Shown: piece by piece, positions 48,782 to 59,455 of the stretch
Position numbering within the stretch: the first letter of the stretch is position 1
Layout of the letters: every line of letters begins with the position of its first letter
Source of the DNA: an uncultured bacterium
GTDB lineage: Bacteria; Verrucomicrobiota; Verrucomicrobiia; Limisphaerales; UBA8199
Assembly (NCBI GenBank): GCA_963749495.1
Contig: CAVVMW010000006.1
Span: forward strand, 800,001 to 864,000
DNA: 64,000 nucleotides
Reading direction: 5' to 3'
Program-made: the position numbers and the translations under genes
Notes under the pieces: model-generated
Databases searched by the model: none
What the model was told of the DNA's origin: nothing
What the model saw: the letters and a program-made list of their open reading frames with translations, nothing else

Positions 48782-49379
48782 GCACACGTTCAATCTGGCG
48801 CTGCTGCGCTGCGGCCAAAAACAGCATGACGCTGTCCCCGTGTCTGAGCCGCTTGACCTCGCGCCACGAATCCGGGCGGCTGAGGGTGTCGCGTTTGGCG
48901 TGGCCGAGGACCAGGAGGCCCTCGGGAGCGAGCAGGCGGGGCAGGTCCGGGTTGTCCAGCAACTGCTGCGCCCAGGAGTCCGAGCGCCGCCCCACGTTCT
49001 TTTCTCCGTAGGGCGGGTCCGCCAGGACCAGGTCATATCGCTGCCCGGCGGCGGCCAGTTGGCCCAGGACCGTGAAGACATCCTGCACGCGCACTTGGAG
49101 GGTCTCCGCGGCCAGGCCCGCGGCAGCCAGGTTCTGCCGCAGGATGTCCGCGTGGCGCGCGGATTTCTCGACGCAGACGGCCGAGGCGGCGCCGCGGCTC
49201 AGACACTCCAGGCCCAGCGCACCGGTGCCCGCAAACAGCTCCAGCACCCGCGCCCCCACCACCCGCCCGCCCAAGCTGTTGAAGACCGCCTGCTTGACCA
49301 GGTCCGGCGTCGGGCGGACCGCCAGGCCCTTGGGCACTCTCAGAATCCGCCGCGCAGCCTTTCCACCCGTGATTCGCAT
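48771..49379 (-). CDS. rsmD: 16S rRNA m2G966 methyltransferase RsmD
   Basis: MRITGG..VRPT..KQAVFN, LELFAGTGALGLE.LSRGA, DPPY. Confidence 0.92.
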   Translation of the reverse strand: MRITGGKAARRILRVPKGLAVRPTPDLVKQAVFNSLGGRVVGARVLELFAGTGALGLECLSRGAASAVCVEKSARHADILRQNLAAAGLAAETLQVRVQDVFTVLGQLAAAGQRYDLVLADPPYGEKNVGRRSDSWAQQLLDNPDLPRLLAPEGLLVLGHAKRDTLSRPDSWREVKRLRHGDSVMLFLAAAQQRQIERVHEA

Positions 49380-49423
49380 AGACGTGTCGAGTGTCGAGTG
49401 TCGAGGGGCGCGTGTCGAGCGCA

Positions 49424-49583
49424 TCCTGACACTGCCCCCGGAGTGCGCCCGTCCCCGGGCGCAGCAGCGACGGAGCGGGCAGGCGCGCTGGAGTGTTTGA
49501 CCGCTGCCCTGGCTCGGGACGTCGCTGCGCCCGGGGACGGGCGCACTCCGGTCTGACCCCCGGCCGTGGGGGCAGTGTCAGGA
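49424..49583. repeat. MITE/REP-like element with nested inverted repeats
   Basis: TCCTGACACTGCCCCC / GGGGGCAGTGTCAGGA ends; inner GGAGTGCGCCCGTCCCCGGGCGCAGC IR. Preceded by GTGTCGA tandems, also seen at about 58480-58520. Confidence 0.75.
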
Positions 49584-49654
49584 AGCGCCCCGCGTGTCGA
49601 GTCGAGATTTGGGATTGCGCATTTCCCGGTTCCTGGCTACTGACATTGACTAAC

Positions 49655-50932
49655 ATGAAATCCAACACAGCCAAGTTACAGGTGCCCGATGTCCAACCTA
49701 AAGCCGCATTGAGCCGGCGCCGATTTCTTGGCGGCACGCTGGCCGCCACGGCGGCAGCGACTTCGCTCGGCCGCCTGGCGAGCCTGGGGGCCAAGCCCGG
49801 CGCGGCGGCGGCTGCGCCCCGCCAGTTCGCGCGCAAGCTCAAGCTGGGCGTGGTGGGCAACGGGGGACGGGGGAGCTGGATAGCGGGGCTTTTCAAGAAG
49901 CACGGCGGCTACGAGATGCACGCCGTGGCCGACTATTTCCCGAGCGTAGCCGGGCAGTGCGGCGAAGCGCTGGGCGTGGACAAGGCACGGCGATTCTCGG
50001 GCCTGTCGGGCTACCGCCAGTTGATGGAGAGCGGAGTGGAGGCGGTGGCCCTGGAAGTGCCGCCCTACTTTTTCCCTGAGCAGGCGCGCGCGGCGGTCGA
50101 GGCCGGTCTTCATGTCTATATGGCCAAACCGGTGGCGGTGGACGTGCCCGGCAGCCTGCAGATCCTCGAGGCGGGCAGGAAGGCGGCGCAGCAGCACACG
50201 TGCTTCTTGGTGGACTATCAAATGCCCACGGACCCGGCGAACCTCCAGGTGCTGGGGCGCGTGCGCAGCCCCGGTTTTGGCAGGATTGCCCAGGTGGACA
50301 CGATCGGGATCAGCGGCGGCTTTGCCGACCCGCCCAAGACCGCCACTATCGAGAGCCGGCTTCGCGGCCTCGTCTGGGTCAACGACATCGCCCTGGGCTG
50401 CGACAACATCGGCAACTACGACATCCATGCCGTGGATGCCGCTATCTGGGTCCTGGGCCGGCGGCCGGTCGCCGCCAGCGGGGCCTCGCGCATATGCCGC
50501 TCCGACCCGCACGGCGACGGCCGCGACGTCTGCTCGGTCGTCTTCGAGTATGCCGACGGCCTGGTCCACAACCATTTCGGGCAGGCGCTCAACAACTTGG
50601 TGCCCGGAGAACTGAGCTGCCGCGTCTGCACCGAGAAGGGCTTTGCCATAGTCAACTATTGGGCCAAGGCCCAGTTCCGCTCCCCTGACGATGCTTACTC
50701 CGCCCCGGTGGAAAACCTCTACGAGGCCGGCGCCATGCGCAATATCGAGACCTTCTACAAAAATGTCACCGAAGGCCGCTGCGAAAACGAGACCGTCCAA
50801 CGCGCCGTCGACGGCGTGCTGACCTGCGTGCTGGGCCGGGAAGCCGCCGCCCGCCAAGCGCGCCTGACCATGGAGCAATTGCTCAAGGAGAACAAACGGC
50901 TGGCGGTGGATTTGAGCGGATTGAAGGCATAA
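49655..50932 (+). CDS. Tat-exported Gfo/Idh/MocA oxidoreductase
   Basis: SRRRFL Tat motif, GVVGNGGRG, HVYMAKPVA, IHAVD. Confidence 0.9.
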   Translation: MKSNTAKLQVPDVQPKAALSRRRFLGGTLAATAAATSLGRLASLGAKPGAAAAAPRQFARKLKLGVVGNGGRGSWIAGLFKKHGGYEMHAVADYFPSVAGQCGEALGVDKARRFSGLSGYRQLMESGVEAVALEVPPYFFPEQARAAVEAGLHVYMAKPVAVDVPGSLQILEAGRKAAQQHTCFLVDYQMPTDPANLQVLGRVRSPGFGRIAQVDTIGISGGFADPPKTATIESRLRGLVWVNDIALGCDNIGNYDIHAVDAAIWVLGRRPVAASGASRICRSDPHGDGRDVCSVVFEYADGLVHNHFGQALNNLVPGELSCRVCTEKGFAIVNYWAKAQFRSPDDAYSAPVENLYEAGAMRNIETFYKNVTEGRCENETVQRAVDGVLTCVLGREAAARQARLTMEQLLKENKRLAVDLSGLKA

Positions 50933-50946
50933 CGCGGCGGAGGTGG

Positions 50947-50986
50947 GAATGACGAATGACGAATGACGAATGACGAATGACGAATG
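50947..50986. repeat. GAATGAC heptamer tandem repeat
   Basis: Five full units plus a partial unit. Confidence 0.9.
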
Positions 50987-51000
50987 TATGAGGGCCAGCC

Positions 51001-53406
51001 TCACTCCTCGCTCATGAGGTGCAGGAGCGAGCTCCTCACGGTCAGGGCCAGCAGGTCGTTGACGACGTCCAGGACGATGAATTTGCGCACCTGGCCCCAG
51101 ATTTCGGTTTCGTAGGCCGCGCCGATGTGCAGGAGGAGGGAATCGAGCATCTCGCGGGTGTCATCGCGAGCCAGGAGGCGCTCGAAGCCGCGCCGGATGG
51201 CGGGCAGCGAGACCTGGACGATGTTGGTGTGGTCGAGCACGGCCTGGAGGGCGAGTTGGAGGAGCAGGCGCATCTCCTCGGAGCAGAGGCCGGCCTGGCC
51301 TGACGTGGCGCGCAGGATGGCGCGTTTGGAGAGGAGGAGGTAAAGGGCGCGGAAGCGGATTCTCTGGGTGGGCGGCTCGATCCAGGGCTCGGGACGGAGC
51401 GCGCCGAGGACCGTGGTGGCGGGGTCGGTGGGATTGGCGAGGCGCTCGGCCAGCGGGGTGCCCATGACGCGCTCGTCTTCCCACCAGCCGGGGATTTCCT
51501 CCAGCTTGCAGTGGGCCTCACGGGCCATGCGCTGGTCAAACTCGCGGACCAGGCGCAGTTCTTTATGGAGATAGCTGTAGCTGAGTGGGGCCAGGACGGC
51601 CTTGCGCAGGCGCAGGGGCAAGGGGACCAGGTCCGGCAGGATCAGCCGGACCTCCAAGAGGCCGCCATGGTGCTCGATGGCGGCGCGCATGCAGAGGTCC
51701 CAGCACCCCTCGATGCGGGGCAGTTTCTCGTGCAGGTTCATGCCCGCCAGGAGCGAGACGGCCTCGGTGTGCGTGACCTCGCGGGTCAGCAGCGGCGTCA
51801 GCCCGTGCCGGCTGGCCAGCCGGTAAAGGAACTCATACGGAGTGAGGTTCTGCCCGGCGGTCTGGCGGCCAAACCAGCCGGAGAGTTCCTTGAGGGTACA
51901 CCGCCACAGGACCTGCTCCTCGACCTCGTGGATGGAGCCCAGCCCGTTCTCATACAACGCGTAGGCGTAAGCGCTGCGCAGCATGGCGCGGCCGCGCGGC
52001 CCTTTCCATTTCCCGTATTCCTGCTCCAGTTCCCAGGGCTTGAGCTGATCGCAGCCCCAGCCGAAATACTCCGGGGCCACCCGGCGCAGCGCGGTGAAGC
52101 CCGAGACGCCAAACCTGGAGAGGATCTGCGGCGAGACCTCGTCAAAGAGCCGCGCCCAGCACCGGTACGAGCGGGCCGTCTCGTAGTCCAGCCCGCCGTC
52201 CTGGCCAAAGAGGGCGGGTTCGGCGGCGCGGGCGTGGTCCATGACCGTGCGGGCAACGCGGTCCAGCCCCTCCCAGATGGCCTGGCGGCTGTCGTGGCAG
52301 ATGCGCTGGGGCCAGGCGGAGACCCGCCCCAGGACCTCGTCCGGGAGGTTGCCGCGTCCGAGCAACTCGATGCACCGCGCCAGCACCGCCCGCCAGTCGA
52401 AGAGTCCGCTCTCGCGCAGCAGCGAGGGGGCTACGCGCACGCCGAGCGACAGGAAGGCGTCTTCCCAATCCACGCGCGCGAAGGCGCCGATATTCCAGCG
52501 GGGCTGGTCGTGGTCGAGGGCGACCAGGCGCAGGTCGTAGCGGATCTTCCAAAGCGCGGCGGTAATGAGCAAGTCCGCCGCGCGCTGGTCGCTCAACTCC
52601 TGCCGGAGGGTCAGTTTCCAGGGCCGCACCGGGGGGTCGTCTCCCCGGGTGATGCCCGGGAAGGCCACCTCGGGGACCAGGCTGGAGCGGATGAGGCGGA
52701 ATCCGGCGCTGCGGAGCAGGTGCCGCAGGTCCGCGTTCTCGATGTCGGCGCAGGTGCGCAACCCGAACTTGTGGCAGAGCAGGTAGCGCAGATACACCGG
52801 CGCGCGCCGCTCGAAGATGCCGTGTTCGCGGGGCGAGAGTGTGGCCAGGGCGGCGGGCGGCGCCCGGTGAGAGAGCGGGCAGAGCAGCGACTTGGGATAG
52901 GAACCCAGGAATCCCTCGACCCTGGGTCTGACGGAGTGGAAGGCGGTGAGGATCAGCAGCGCGTCATAGTCCGGCTCTTCCTGGATGTTGGGCACGCCGG
53001 CCATAGGGCCGGCAATGCGAAAGACCCGCTCGAAGTGCGGGATTTCGGGAGGTTGCGCCGCTGCCCCGTTGCCCGATTTGCACCGGTGTTCCGCCTCAGC
53101 CAAAGGGTAGCGCCCCGAGATGACCCGCGCCTTTTCCAGCAGCAAGGCGTCGAACTCGGGCAACTCGATGCAGGCGCGCGCCTCGTCGGGAGCTGGGGCC
53201 AGCAACCAGGGGACCGGCCAGCCGTAGCGGCCCAGGCGCGTGGTCGGCGCGGCAAGCGGCTGCAACGGCCTGGCCTGCGCCTGCGCGGCATCTGCCATCG
53301 CATCCGTGTCCGCAATGCCAACCGGGGCCTCCTGCTCATCGTCGCGGCTCGCCGTTGGCATTTGCTCAGAGTCGGTCCATCCGGCCATGGCCACCTGTTT
53401 TATCAT
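51001..53406 (-). CDS. Large hypothetical protein (801 aa)
   Basis: Long ORF with host-like codon bias; two PW[KE]L motifs; no recognised domain. Confidence 0.7.
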   Translation of the reverse strand: MIKQVAMAGWTDSEQMPTASRDDEQEAPVGIADTDAMADAAQAQARPLQPLAAPTTRLGRYGWPVPWLLAPAPDEARACIELPEFDALLLEKARVISGRYPLAEAEHRCKSGNGAAAQPPEIPHFERVFRIAGPMAGVPNIQEEPDYDALLILTAFHSVRPRVEGFLGSYPKSLLCPLSHRAPPAALATLSPREHGIFERRAPVYLRYLLCHKFGLRTCADIENADLRHLLRSAGFRLIRSSLVPEVAFPGITRGDDPPVRPWKLTLRQELSDQRAADLLITAALWKIRYDLRLVALDHDQPRWNIGAFARVDWEDAFLSLGVRVAPSLLRESGLFDWRAVLARCIELLGRGNLPDEVLGRVSAWPQRICHDSRQAIWEGLDRVARTVMDHARAAEPALFGQDGGLDYETARSYRCWARLFDEVSPQILSRFGVSGFTALRRVAPEYFGWGCDQLKPWELEQEYGKWKGPRGRAMLRSAYAYALYENGLGSIHEVEEQVLWRCTLKELSGWFGRQTAGQNLTPYEFLYRLASRHGLTPLLTREVTHTEAVSLLAGMNLHEKLPRIEGCWDLCMRAAIEHHGGLLEVRLILPDLVPLPLRLRKAVLAPLSYSYLHKELRLVREFDQRMAREAHCKLEEIPGWWEDERVMGTPLAERLANPTDPATTVLGALRPEPWIEPPTQRIRFRALYLLLSKRAILRATSGQAGLCSEEMRLLLQLALQAVLDHTNIVQVSLPAIRRGFERLLARDDTREMLDSLLLHIGAAYETEIWGQVRKFIVLDVVNDLLALTVRSSLLHLMSEE

Positions 53407-53517
53407 AGTCGCCCGGGAAAGTCACCTTTTCAATTGATGATTCTCCGAAAAGAGTTGTTGGCATTTAGGCCGGATGTGATATAACCGTACAATACGAAAC
53501 TGTTCAGCTTGCAGAAA

Positions 53518-54240
53518 ATGAACAACCTAACTCGTGTGCTCTCGCTCTGCGCGGCGCTGCTGGCGGGCTTGTCCGCCCAGGCGCAATACCCCATCCAGCG
53601 GCCGGGCGGCGGTCTCTACACCGCTCCTTACAGCCGTCCCTACGGCGCGGCTTACGGCGCGCGCGCGGGCATGACCAACATCACCGTCACCCCGGCCCGG
53701 CTCAGCGGCTATGTCCCGGACGACAAATACAAGCTCCGCAGGGGCGACAAGGTCAGCCTCCAGATCCTCGAGGACCGCGAACCGCCGCTGAGCCTGACGG
53801 TGGCCGATTCCGGGGAGTTGGAGGTGCCGTATATCGGGCGTATCTCCGTCACCAACAAGACCTGCAAGGAGATCGTGGGCGTGGCGAAGGTCGAGTTGGA
53901 GAAGAAGTACTATCATAAGGCCAGCGTGATCCTGGCCCTGGATGAGGCCAACAAGCTGTGGGGGCGGGTCTATGTCTTTGGCCAGGTCAAGAACCAGGGG
54001 GCCCTCGAGGTCCAGATGCACGAGAACATCACCGCCTCCATAGCCATCCTGCGCGCCGGGGGCTTTGGCGACTTCGCCAACAAGAAGCGCGTCCTGATCA
54101 TCCGCCGCGGCCCCAACGGCACGGTTCAGAGAATCGAAAAGAACATGACCCAGGTCATCGATGAAGGCCAGATCGAAAAGGACGAGCCCCTCCAGCCGGA
54201 AGACATGGTGGTCGTGCCGTCGAGGGCCTTCAGCGCCTGA
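53518..54240 (+). CDS. wza: Polysaccharide export protein Wza-like
   Basis: YKL..GD.V, SGEL.VPYIG, VYVFGQVKNQG, AGGF, L.PEDMVVVP. Confidence 0.88.
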   Translation: MNNLTRVLSLCAALLAGLSAQAQYPIQRPGGGLYTAPYSRPYGAAYGARAGMTNITVTPARLSGYVPDDKYKLRRGDKVSLQILEDREPPLSLTVADSGELEVPYIGRISVTNKTCKEIVGVAKVELEKKYYHKASVILALDEANKLWGRVYVFGQVKNQGALEVQMHENITASIAILRAGGFGDFANKKRVLIIRRGPNGTVQRIEKNMTQVIDEGQIEKDEPLQPEDMVVVPSRAFSA

Positions 54241-54295
54241 GTTGCCTGCCTGGCTTTGTCCTGAGTCTTTCGACGACACATACGGTAATACGGCC

Positions 54296-56473
54296 ATGAA
54301 TCTCAACGATCGCCCCGCGCAAAATCGCTCGGCTGAAAAGGCCCACTTCCTGGCGGGCTTCCACCGCTACAAGAGCCTATTGATCAGGAAATGGTGGATT
54401 CCCGCGATCTGCATGCTCACCGGGCTGGTGAGCATTTGGTCGCTCTCCTGGTACGGGCCGCCTGCCTACAGATCCGTCGGGCGCATGATCGTGAGCACCA
54501 AGATAAACGCCCAGGAGACCTCCGGCTTTACCGAGGAGATGAACAATTTCCTGGGCACCCAGGCCAGCATGATGCAAAGCGACAAGGTTGTGCGGCCGGC
54601 CTGGCAGTACGTGAGACAGAGGTACAAAGATTCGTCCGCCGAGGCTTACGGGCGGCGTGGGGGGGTGCCGCTCAAACTCAGGGTTAGCGTCACCCCCAAG
54701 ACCAGCATCTTCGTCCTCACCGGCACCGGATTCGACGCCGATGTCACCAAGCTGTTCGTCCAGTATTGCATGGACCGGTTCGTAATGCTCAAGAATGAGA
54801 TGCGTGAGCAAACGTCCGACCAGGCCATCTCGGCCCTGGCCAAGCAAAGAGACGATCTGGAAAAGGACCTGACCGCGCTCGACGCCGAACAGGTCGCCTA
54901 CGCGGGCACCAACTACGAGGTCCTCTTCGAGGAGCAGGGCAGCAGCGTCGGCCATTATATCAGCGCCCTGAGCCAGCGCCTGGCCGCCCTCCAAAGCGAA
55001 CTGGAGCTCCTGCAGTCGCTCAACCTGGACGAGAGCCTGCAACGCTGGCAGGAAATGGGCACCGCCCTGCCCATCGTCGATGACCTCAACCGCAATGGCG
55101 TCTTTCCCCAGGGCAGCTCCAGCAGCGTCAGCGAACTGGCCACCGACTATCTGCGCGCCAAACAACAGATGCTCCTGCTCCAGGCGGACAAGGAAGAGCG
55201 GGCCAAGGACCTGCGGGAAGAGCACCCCCTGATGGTCGACATGAAAGAGGAGATTGCCCGGCACCAGGCCCTCCTGGACATCTATCGCCTGCAGGGAATG
55301 GAGCAGTTGCAGAGCCGGACCAACTCCCTGGCCCTGCAGATCAGGAACCTCGAGCGCGAACTGGGGGATTGGAACAAGAAGGCCCTCGATGTCAGCCGGA
55401 AACTGGCCGAATACCGCCGCCTCAAGACCAAAGTCCAGCGCTTCGAGAACCTCTACGATCGCATGTCCATCAGCATCGAGACCTTGGAAGCCAACAGACA
55501 GGCCACCCCGGAAACGGTGAGCATCATGGAAAACGCCTCGGAGGGTGTCGAGGACCGCCCCACGGTCTCCCGGCTCATGGCGGCCGGCGGGTTCGTGGGC
55601 CTGCTCTTGGGCCTGGGCATGCTCATGCTCATGGATCGCATGGACGACCGCATGGCCTCGGCCACCGAATTGCAGGAGATGTTCGACGAAGAGATCCTGG
55701 CCCAGATCCCGCGAGAGGGGTCCGGGCGCTCCCGCGAGATCAAGCTCCTGGTCCCCGAGGACACGCGCCATTCCTACGTCGAGTCCTACCGCAACCTGCG
55801 CTCCTCCCTGCTCTACATGACCGAGGCCGAGAAACGGCCCAAGACCCTCCTGCTCACCAGCTCGGTCCCCAACGACGGCAAGTCGGTCACCGCCTCCAAT
55901 CTGGCCATCACCATGGCCAGCGCCGGCTCCCGTGTCCTGCTCGTGGACGCCGACCTGCGCAAGGGCGTCCTGCACCACCGCTTCGGCCTCCCGCCCGGAC
56001 AAGGTCTCTGCGAAGTCCTCGCCCAACAGGTGGGCTGGAAAGACGCCGTGACCGCCACCCGCTACCCCAACCTCTCCATCCTCCGCCGCGGCGCCACCAG
56101 CCACCATTCCAGCGAACTCTTCCTCAGCCCCGCCATGGACAAGCTCATCGAGGAGCTCGCCGCCGCTCATGACTTCGTCCTCTTCGACACCGCCCCCGTC
56201 ATGGCGGCCGACGACGTCACCACCCTCGCCCCCCGCATGGATGGGGTCGTCTTCGTCGTCCGCGCCGAACACACCTCGGCCCGCGTCGCCCAGGCCGCCC
56301 TCCAGTTGCTCTACCAGCGCCAGGTCCGCATTCTGGGCATGGTCTTCAACGCCGTCCGCCCGCGCAGCGGAGATTACTATTACTATTACAAGTATAAGGA
56401 CTACTACAAGAGCTACCCCAGCTCCGGCGACGGCGAAGACCACAAACCGCGCCAGGAAAAGGCGCCGGCCTGA
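54296..56473 (+). CDS. wzc: Polysaccharide co-polymerase / tyrosine autokinase Wzc-like
   Basis: Two TM segments, coiled coil, ESYRNLRS, TSSVPNDGKS, DADLRK, FDTAP, Tyr-rich tail. Confidence 0.92.
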   Translation: MNLNDRPAQNRSAEKAHFLAGFHRYKSLLIRKWWIPAICMLTGLVSIWSLSWYGPPAYRSVGRMIVSTKINAQETSGFTEEMNNFLGTQASMMQSDKVVRPAWQYVRQRYKDSSAEAYGRRGGVPLKLRVSVTPKTSIFVLTGTGFDADVTKLFVQYCMDRFVMLKNEMREQTSDQAISALAKQRDDLEKDLTALDAEQVAYAGTNYEVLFEEQGSSVGHYISALSQRLAALQSELELLQSLNLDESLQRWQEMGTALPIVDDLNRNGVFPQGSSSSVSELATDYLRAKQQMLLLQADKEERAKDLREEHPLMVDMKEEIARHQALLDIYRLQGMEQLQSRTNSLALQIRNLERELGDWNKKALDVSRKLAEYRRLKTKVQRFENLYDRMSISIETLEANRQATPETVSIMENASEGVEDRPTVSRLMAAGGFVGLLLGLGMLMLMDRMDDRMASATELQEMFDEEILAQIPREGSGRSREIKLLVPEDTRHSYVESYRNLRSSLLYMTEAEKRPKTLLLTSSVPNDGKSVTASNLAITMASAGSRVLLVDADLRKGVLHHRFGLPPGQGLCEVLAQQVGWKDAVTATRYPNLSILRRGATSHHSSELFLSPAMDKLIEELAAAHDFVLFDTAPVMAADDVTTLAPRMDGVVFVVRAEHTSARVAQAALQLLYQRQVRILGMVFNAVRPRSGDYYYYYKYKDYYKSYPSSGDGEDHKPRQEKAPA

Positions 56474-56643
56474 CCGCTGGTGCGCACTCAAGACGATGAT
56501 GGCGAAACGGCCTGCACTGGTCTCAGGATGGGGCGCAATCGAGACTCTCCAGAGAGGGGCCGAAAGATCCCTTGCGCCCCTGAGTTGGGGGCGGTTTCTC
56601 GACACGACCTCTGCTCGGTGCTGCTCGACTCACTGACCCAAAT

Positions 56644-57057
56644 TCAATCTGCGGTTGCGGGCGCCGGTCTGTAGTAGAGGATCTTGGCGTGAGGATAACG
56701 GCGCCATGCGCGATCGGTCGTGACCACCGTCAGCCCGTTCTGCCGGGCGGTGGCCACGATCATCTGATCGTACGGATCCTCCACCGGAAACGCGGGCAAA
56801 GCAACGGAGTCGGCCGCAATTTCCGGCGTGAGAGGAAGAAGGACCAATTGGCTGGTGAGGGCCGTTTTGAGCCAAGTGAGCGTCGGTTGGCCAAGATCAA
56901 GCCTCCCACGAGCGGCCTTCCACGCCACCTCGCGCAAGGACACTACGCTGATTCCCACCTGGGCTTCGGCGCTCAACGCCGCGCAGCAATCCTCCGGCAG
57001 CGTTTGGGGTTCGCGCGAGAGTCGCAGCCAGATACCCGTGTCCAGGAGATAGCGCAT
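56644..57057 (-). CDS. vapC: VapC PIN-domain toxin
   Basis: YLLDT, S..SL.E, DPYDQMIVATA, TTD. Confidence 0.9.
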   Translation of the reverse strand: MRYLLDTGIWLRLSREPQTLPEDCCAALSAEAQVGISVVSLREVAWKAARGRLDLGQPTLTWLKTALTSQLVLLPLTPEIAADSVALPAFPVEDPYDQMIVATARQNGLTVVTTDRAWRRYPHAKILYYRPAPATAD

Positions 57058-57060
57058 CGC

Positions 57061-57270
57061 TTACCATTTCTCGCCGGTCGGTTCATCCAGATCGGCAGGC
57101 AAAGCAGGGCCACCCGCGGTGGCCCCAATGAATAAACGACGTTCACTCCAAGGCGTCACCCGAGCAACCGGCTGCCCCTCCGAAACCAACTGGACCTCTT
57201 CGCCCGCGGCGACCCACCGGAGGATCTCTGTCCACTGCCGCGGCACTTCCTGAACACTGGCGGTTTTCAT
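57061..57270 (-). CDS. Phd/YefM-type antitoxin
   Basis: MKTASVQEV..ILRWVAAGEEV..GQPVARVTP; immediately upstream of vapC. Confidence 0.85.
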   Translation of the reverse strand: MKTASVQEVPRQWTEILRWVAAGEEVQLVSEGQPVARVTPWSERRLFIGATAGGPALPADLDEPTGEKW

Positions 57271-57337
57271 AGCAGCAACATGGCGCCCGGCTTGGCCACT
57301 GGCAAGCCTGCAGGTGAATGCGTCATGGCACCTGAGG

Positions 57338-58480
57338 TCAGCGTTCCCCTGTTGCGGCGCGGGCCAGGAGCACCTTGCGAGTGGGCGCGTAGTTGGCGGC
57401 GAACTGCCGGCGGTAGTCTGCGAAGGCACCGGCGGCGATGGCGGCGCGGACCTCGTCCATGACCTTGAGGAAGAGCCAGGTGTTGTGCAGGCTGAGCATG
57501 CGCAGGCCCAGGATCTCCCCGACATTGAGCAGGTGGCGCAGGTAGGCGCGGGTGAAGCGGCGGCAGGCAAAGCACTGGCAGCCCTCCTCGATGGGCCGGA
57601 AGTCGGCCTTGCAGGCGCCCGCCTTGATGCTGAGGGTGCCGTTGCGGGTGAAGGCGGTGCCGTTGCGCGCCACGCGCGTCGGCAGCACGCAATCGAACAT
57701 GTCCACCCCGCGGGCGACCAGTTCGACGAGTTGCGCGGGCGTGCCCAGGCCCATGGCGTAGCGCGGGCGGGCGGGCGGCAGGAATGGCTCGCTGAGCTCG
57801 ATCGCCCGCATCATCTCGGGCTCGGGTTCGCCGACACTGACGCCGCCGATGGCGTAGCCGTCGAATTGGAGGGCGGCCAGGGCCTGGGCGCATTCCCGGC
57901 GCAGGGCGGGGTCGGTTCCGCCCTGGACGATGCCAAAGAGCAATTGGTCCGGCGGGCGGGGCTGGGCGCGGCATTGGGCGGCCCAGCGCAGCGTGCGCTC
58001 GACGGCCCCGCGCAGTTCGCGCGGCGTGCTCGTGTGGGGCGGGCAATCATCGAAGACCATCGCGATGTCCGAGCCCAGGGCGCCCTGGATGGCCATCGCC
58101 TCCTTGGGCCCCAGGAACAGGAGCGAGCCGTCCAGGTGGGATCGAAACTCGACCCCGTGCGCATGGATCTTGCGGATGGTGGCCAGGCTGAAGACCTGGA
58201 ACCCGCCGCTGTCAGTCAGCAGCGGGTGCGGCCAGCCGATGAAGCGGTGCAGGCCGCCGGCGGCGCCGATGATCTCGACCCCGGGGCGCAGGCTCAAGTG
58301 ATAGGTGTTGCCAAGGAGGATCCGGGCGCCTATCTCGGCCAACTCGCGGGGGTCGAGGGCCTTGACGCTGCCTTGCGTGCCCACGGGCATGAAGACCGGG
58401 GTGTCCACCGCCCCGTGCGACGTGGTCAATCGCCCCAGCCGCGCCTTGGAGGCCGGATCGGTTTTGAGCAACTCGAACAT
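57338..58480 (-). CDS. tgt: tRNA-guanine transglycosylase
   Basis: TPVFMPVGT, NTYHL, TDSGGFQVFSL, GIVQGG, GGVSVGE, DMFDCVLPTR, CQC..C. Confidence 0.97.
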   Translation of the reverse strand: MFELLKTDPASKARLGRLTTSHGAVDTPVFMPVGTQGSVKALDPRELAEIGARILLGNTYHLSLRPGVEIIGAAGGLHRFIGWPHPLLTDSGGFQVFSLATIRKIHAHGVEFRSHLDGSLLFLGPKEAMAIQGALGSDIAMVFDDCPPHTSTPRELRGAVERTLRWAAQCRAQPRPPDQLLFGIVQGGTDPALRRECAQALAALQFDGYAIGGVSVGEPEPEMMRAIELSEPFLPPARPRYAMGLGTPAQLVELVARGVDMFDCVLPTRVARNGTAFTRNGTLSIKAGACKADFRPIEEGCQCFACRRFTRAYLRHLLNVGEILGLRMLSLHNTWLFLKVMDEVRAAIAAGAFADYRRQFAANYAPTRKVLLARAATGER

Positions 58481-58522
58481 CGAGTGTCGAGTGTCCAGTC
58501 TCGAGTGTCGAGTGTCGAGCGT

Positions 58523-59455
58523 TCAATCCAACTCGACGGCCAGGCCCTCGCGGGCGGCCTCCACGTCGAGCGTCCCGTTGCGGGCCGTCACGAGCCGGCG
58601 GGCCCGGGCGGTCATTTCCGCGATCTTGTCGTCGTCGTGGCTCGGGTCGAAATGGAACAGGAAGAGCCGTTTGACCTGGGCCTCCAGGGCCAGGGCCACC
58701 GCGTCGTCCAAGCAGGCGTGTCCCCAGCCCGTGTGCTGCGCGTATTCCTGGGCATCGTACTGGGCATCCATGATCAGCACGTCCGTCCCGCGCAGAAACG
58801 CGGCCATCCGCCGGTCCTTGCCCCGCGCCTCCTCCAGCGCCTTGGCGTCCGGGACGCCGCCGGCAAGGCCGGCCAGGTGCTTTGCCTGGTAGGGCTCGTT
58901 GTCCGGGAAATAGGCGACCGAGCCTTGCGGCGTGAAGAGACGGTAGCCGACACAGAGGCCCGGATGGTTGGCCGGGCAGGCGCTGACGTTGAGGGCGCCG
59001 ACGCGAAACTCGAAGTCTTGCAGCTCCTCGATTTCCACAGTGGCGGGCACGTCCCTCAAGCCGACGGGGAAATAGGGCGTATCCATCTGGCTGTAGAGGG
59101 CGTCGCCCAGGCTGTGCGGAGCGCCTCGGTAGCCAAGGATGCGCAAGTGATTGCGGGGCTGGTAAACCGGCAGAAAAAAGGGCAGGCCCTGGATGTGGTC
59201 CCAGTGGGTGTGTGTCAGCAGCAGGGTCAGGTGCAGCGGTTCATCCTGGAACTGGTCCATCAGCGCCCGGCCCAGGGGACGCAGCCCGGTGCCGGCATCG
59301 AGGATGATGATCTGGCCGCCGGTGCGGACTTCCACGCACGGCGTGTTGCCCCCGTAACGGACGGTGGTTGGGCCGGGGGTGGGCACCGAGCCGCGCACAC
59401 CCCAGAAGCGCACCTGTGTCGTCGGGGCGCACATGGCCGGGAGCTTGGTCTTCAT
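58523..59455 (-). CDS. MBL-fold metallohydrolase
   Basis: WGVRGS.P, YGGNT.C, DAGTG, THTHWDHIQG, WGH. Confidence 0.92.
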   Translation of the reverse strand: MKTKLPAMCAPTTQVRFWGVRGSVPTPGPTTVRYGGNTPCVEVRTGGQIIILDAGTGLRPLGRALMDQFQDEPLHLTLLLTHTHWDHIQGLPFFLPVYQPRNHLRILGYRGAPHSLGDALYSQMDTPYFPVGLRDVPATVEIEELQDFEFRVGALNVSACPANHPGLCVGYRLFTPQGSVAYFPDNEPYQAKHLAGLAGGVPDAKALEEARGKDRRMAAFLRGTDVLIMDAQYDAQEYAQHTGWGHACLDDAVALALEAQVKRLFLFHFDPSHDDDKIAEMTARARRLVTARNGTLDVEAAREGLAVELD

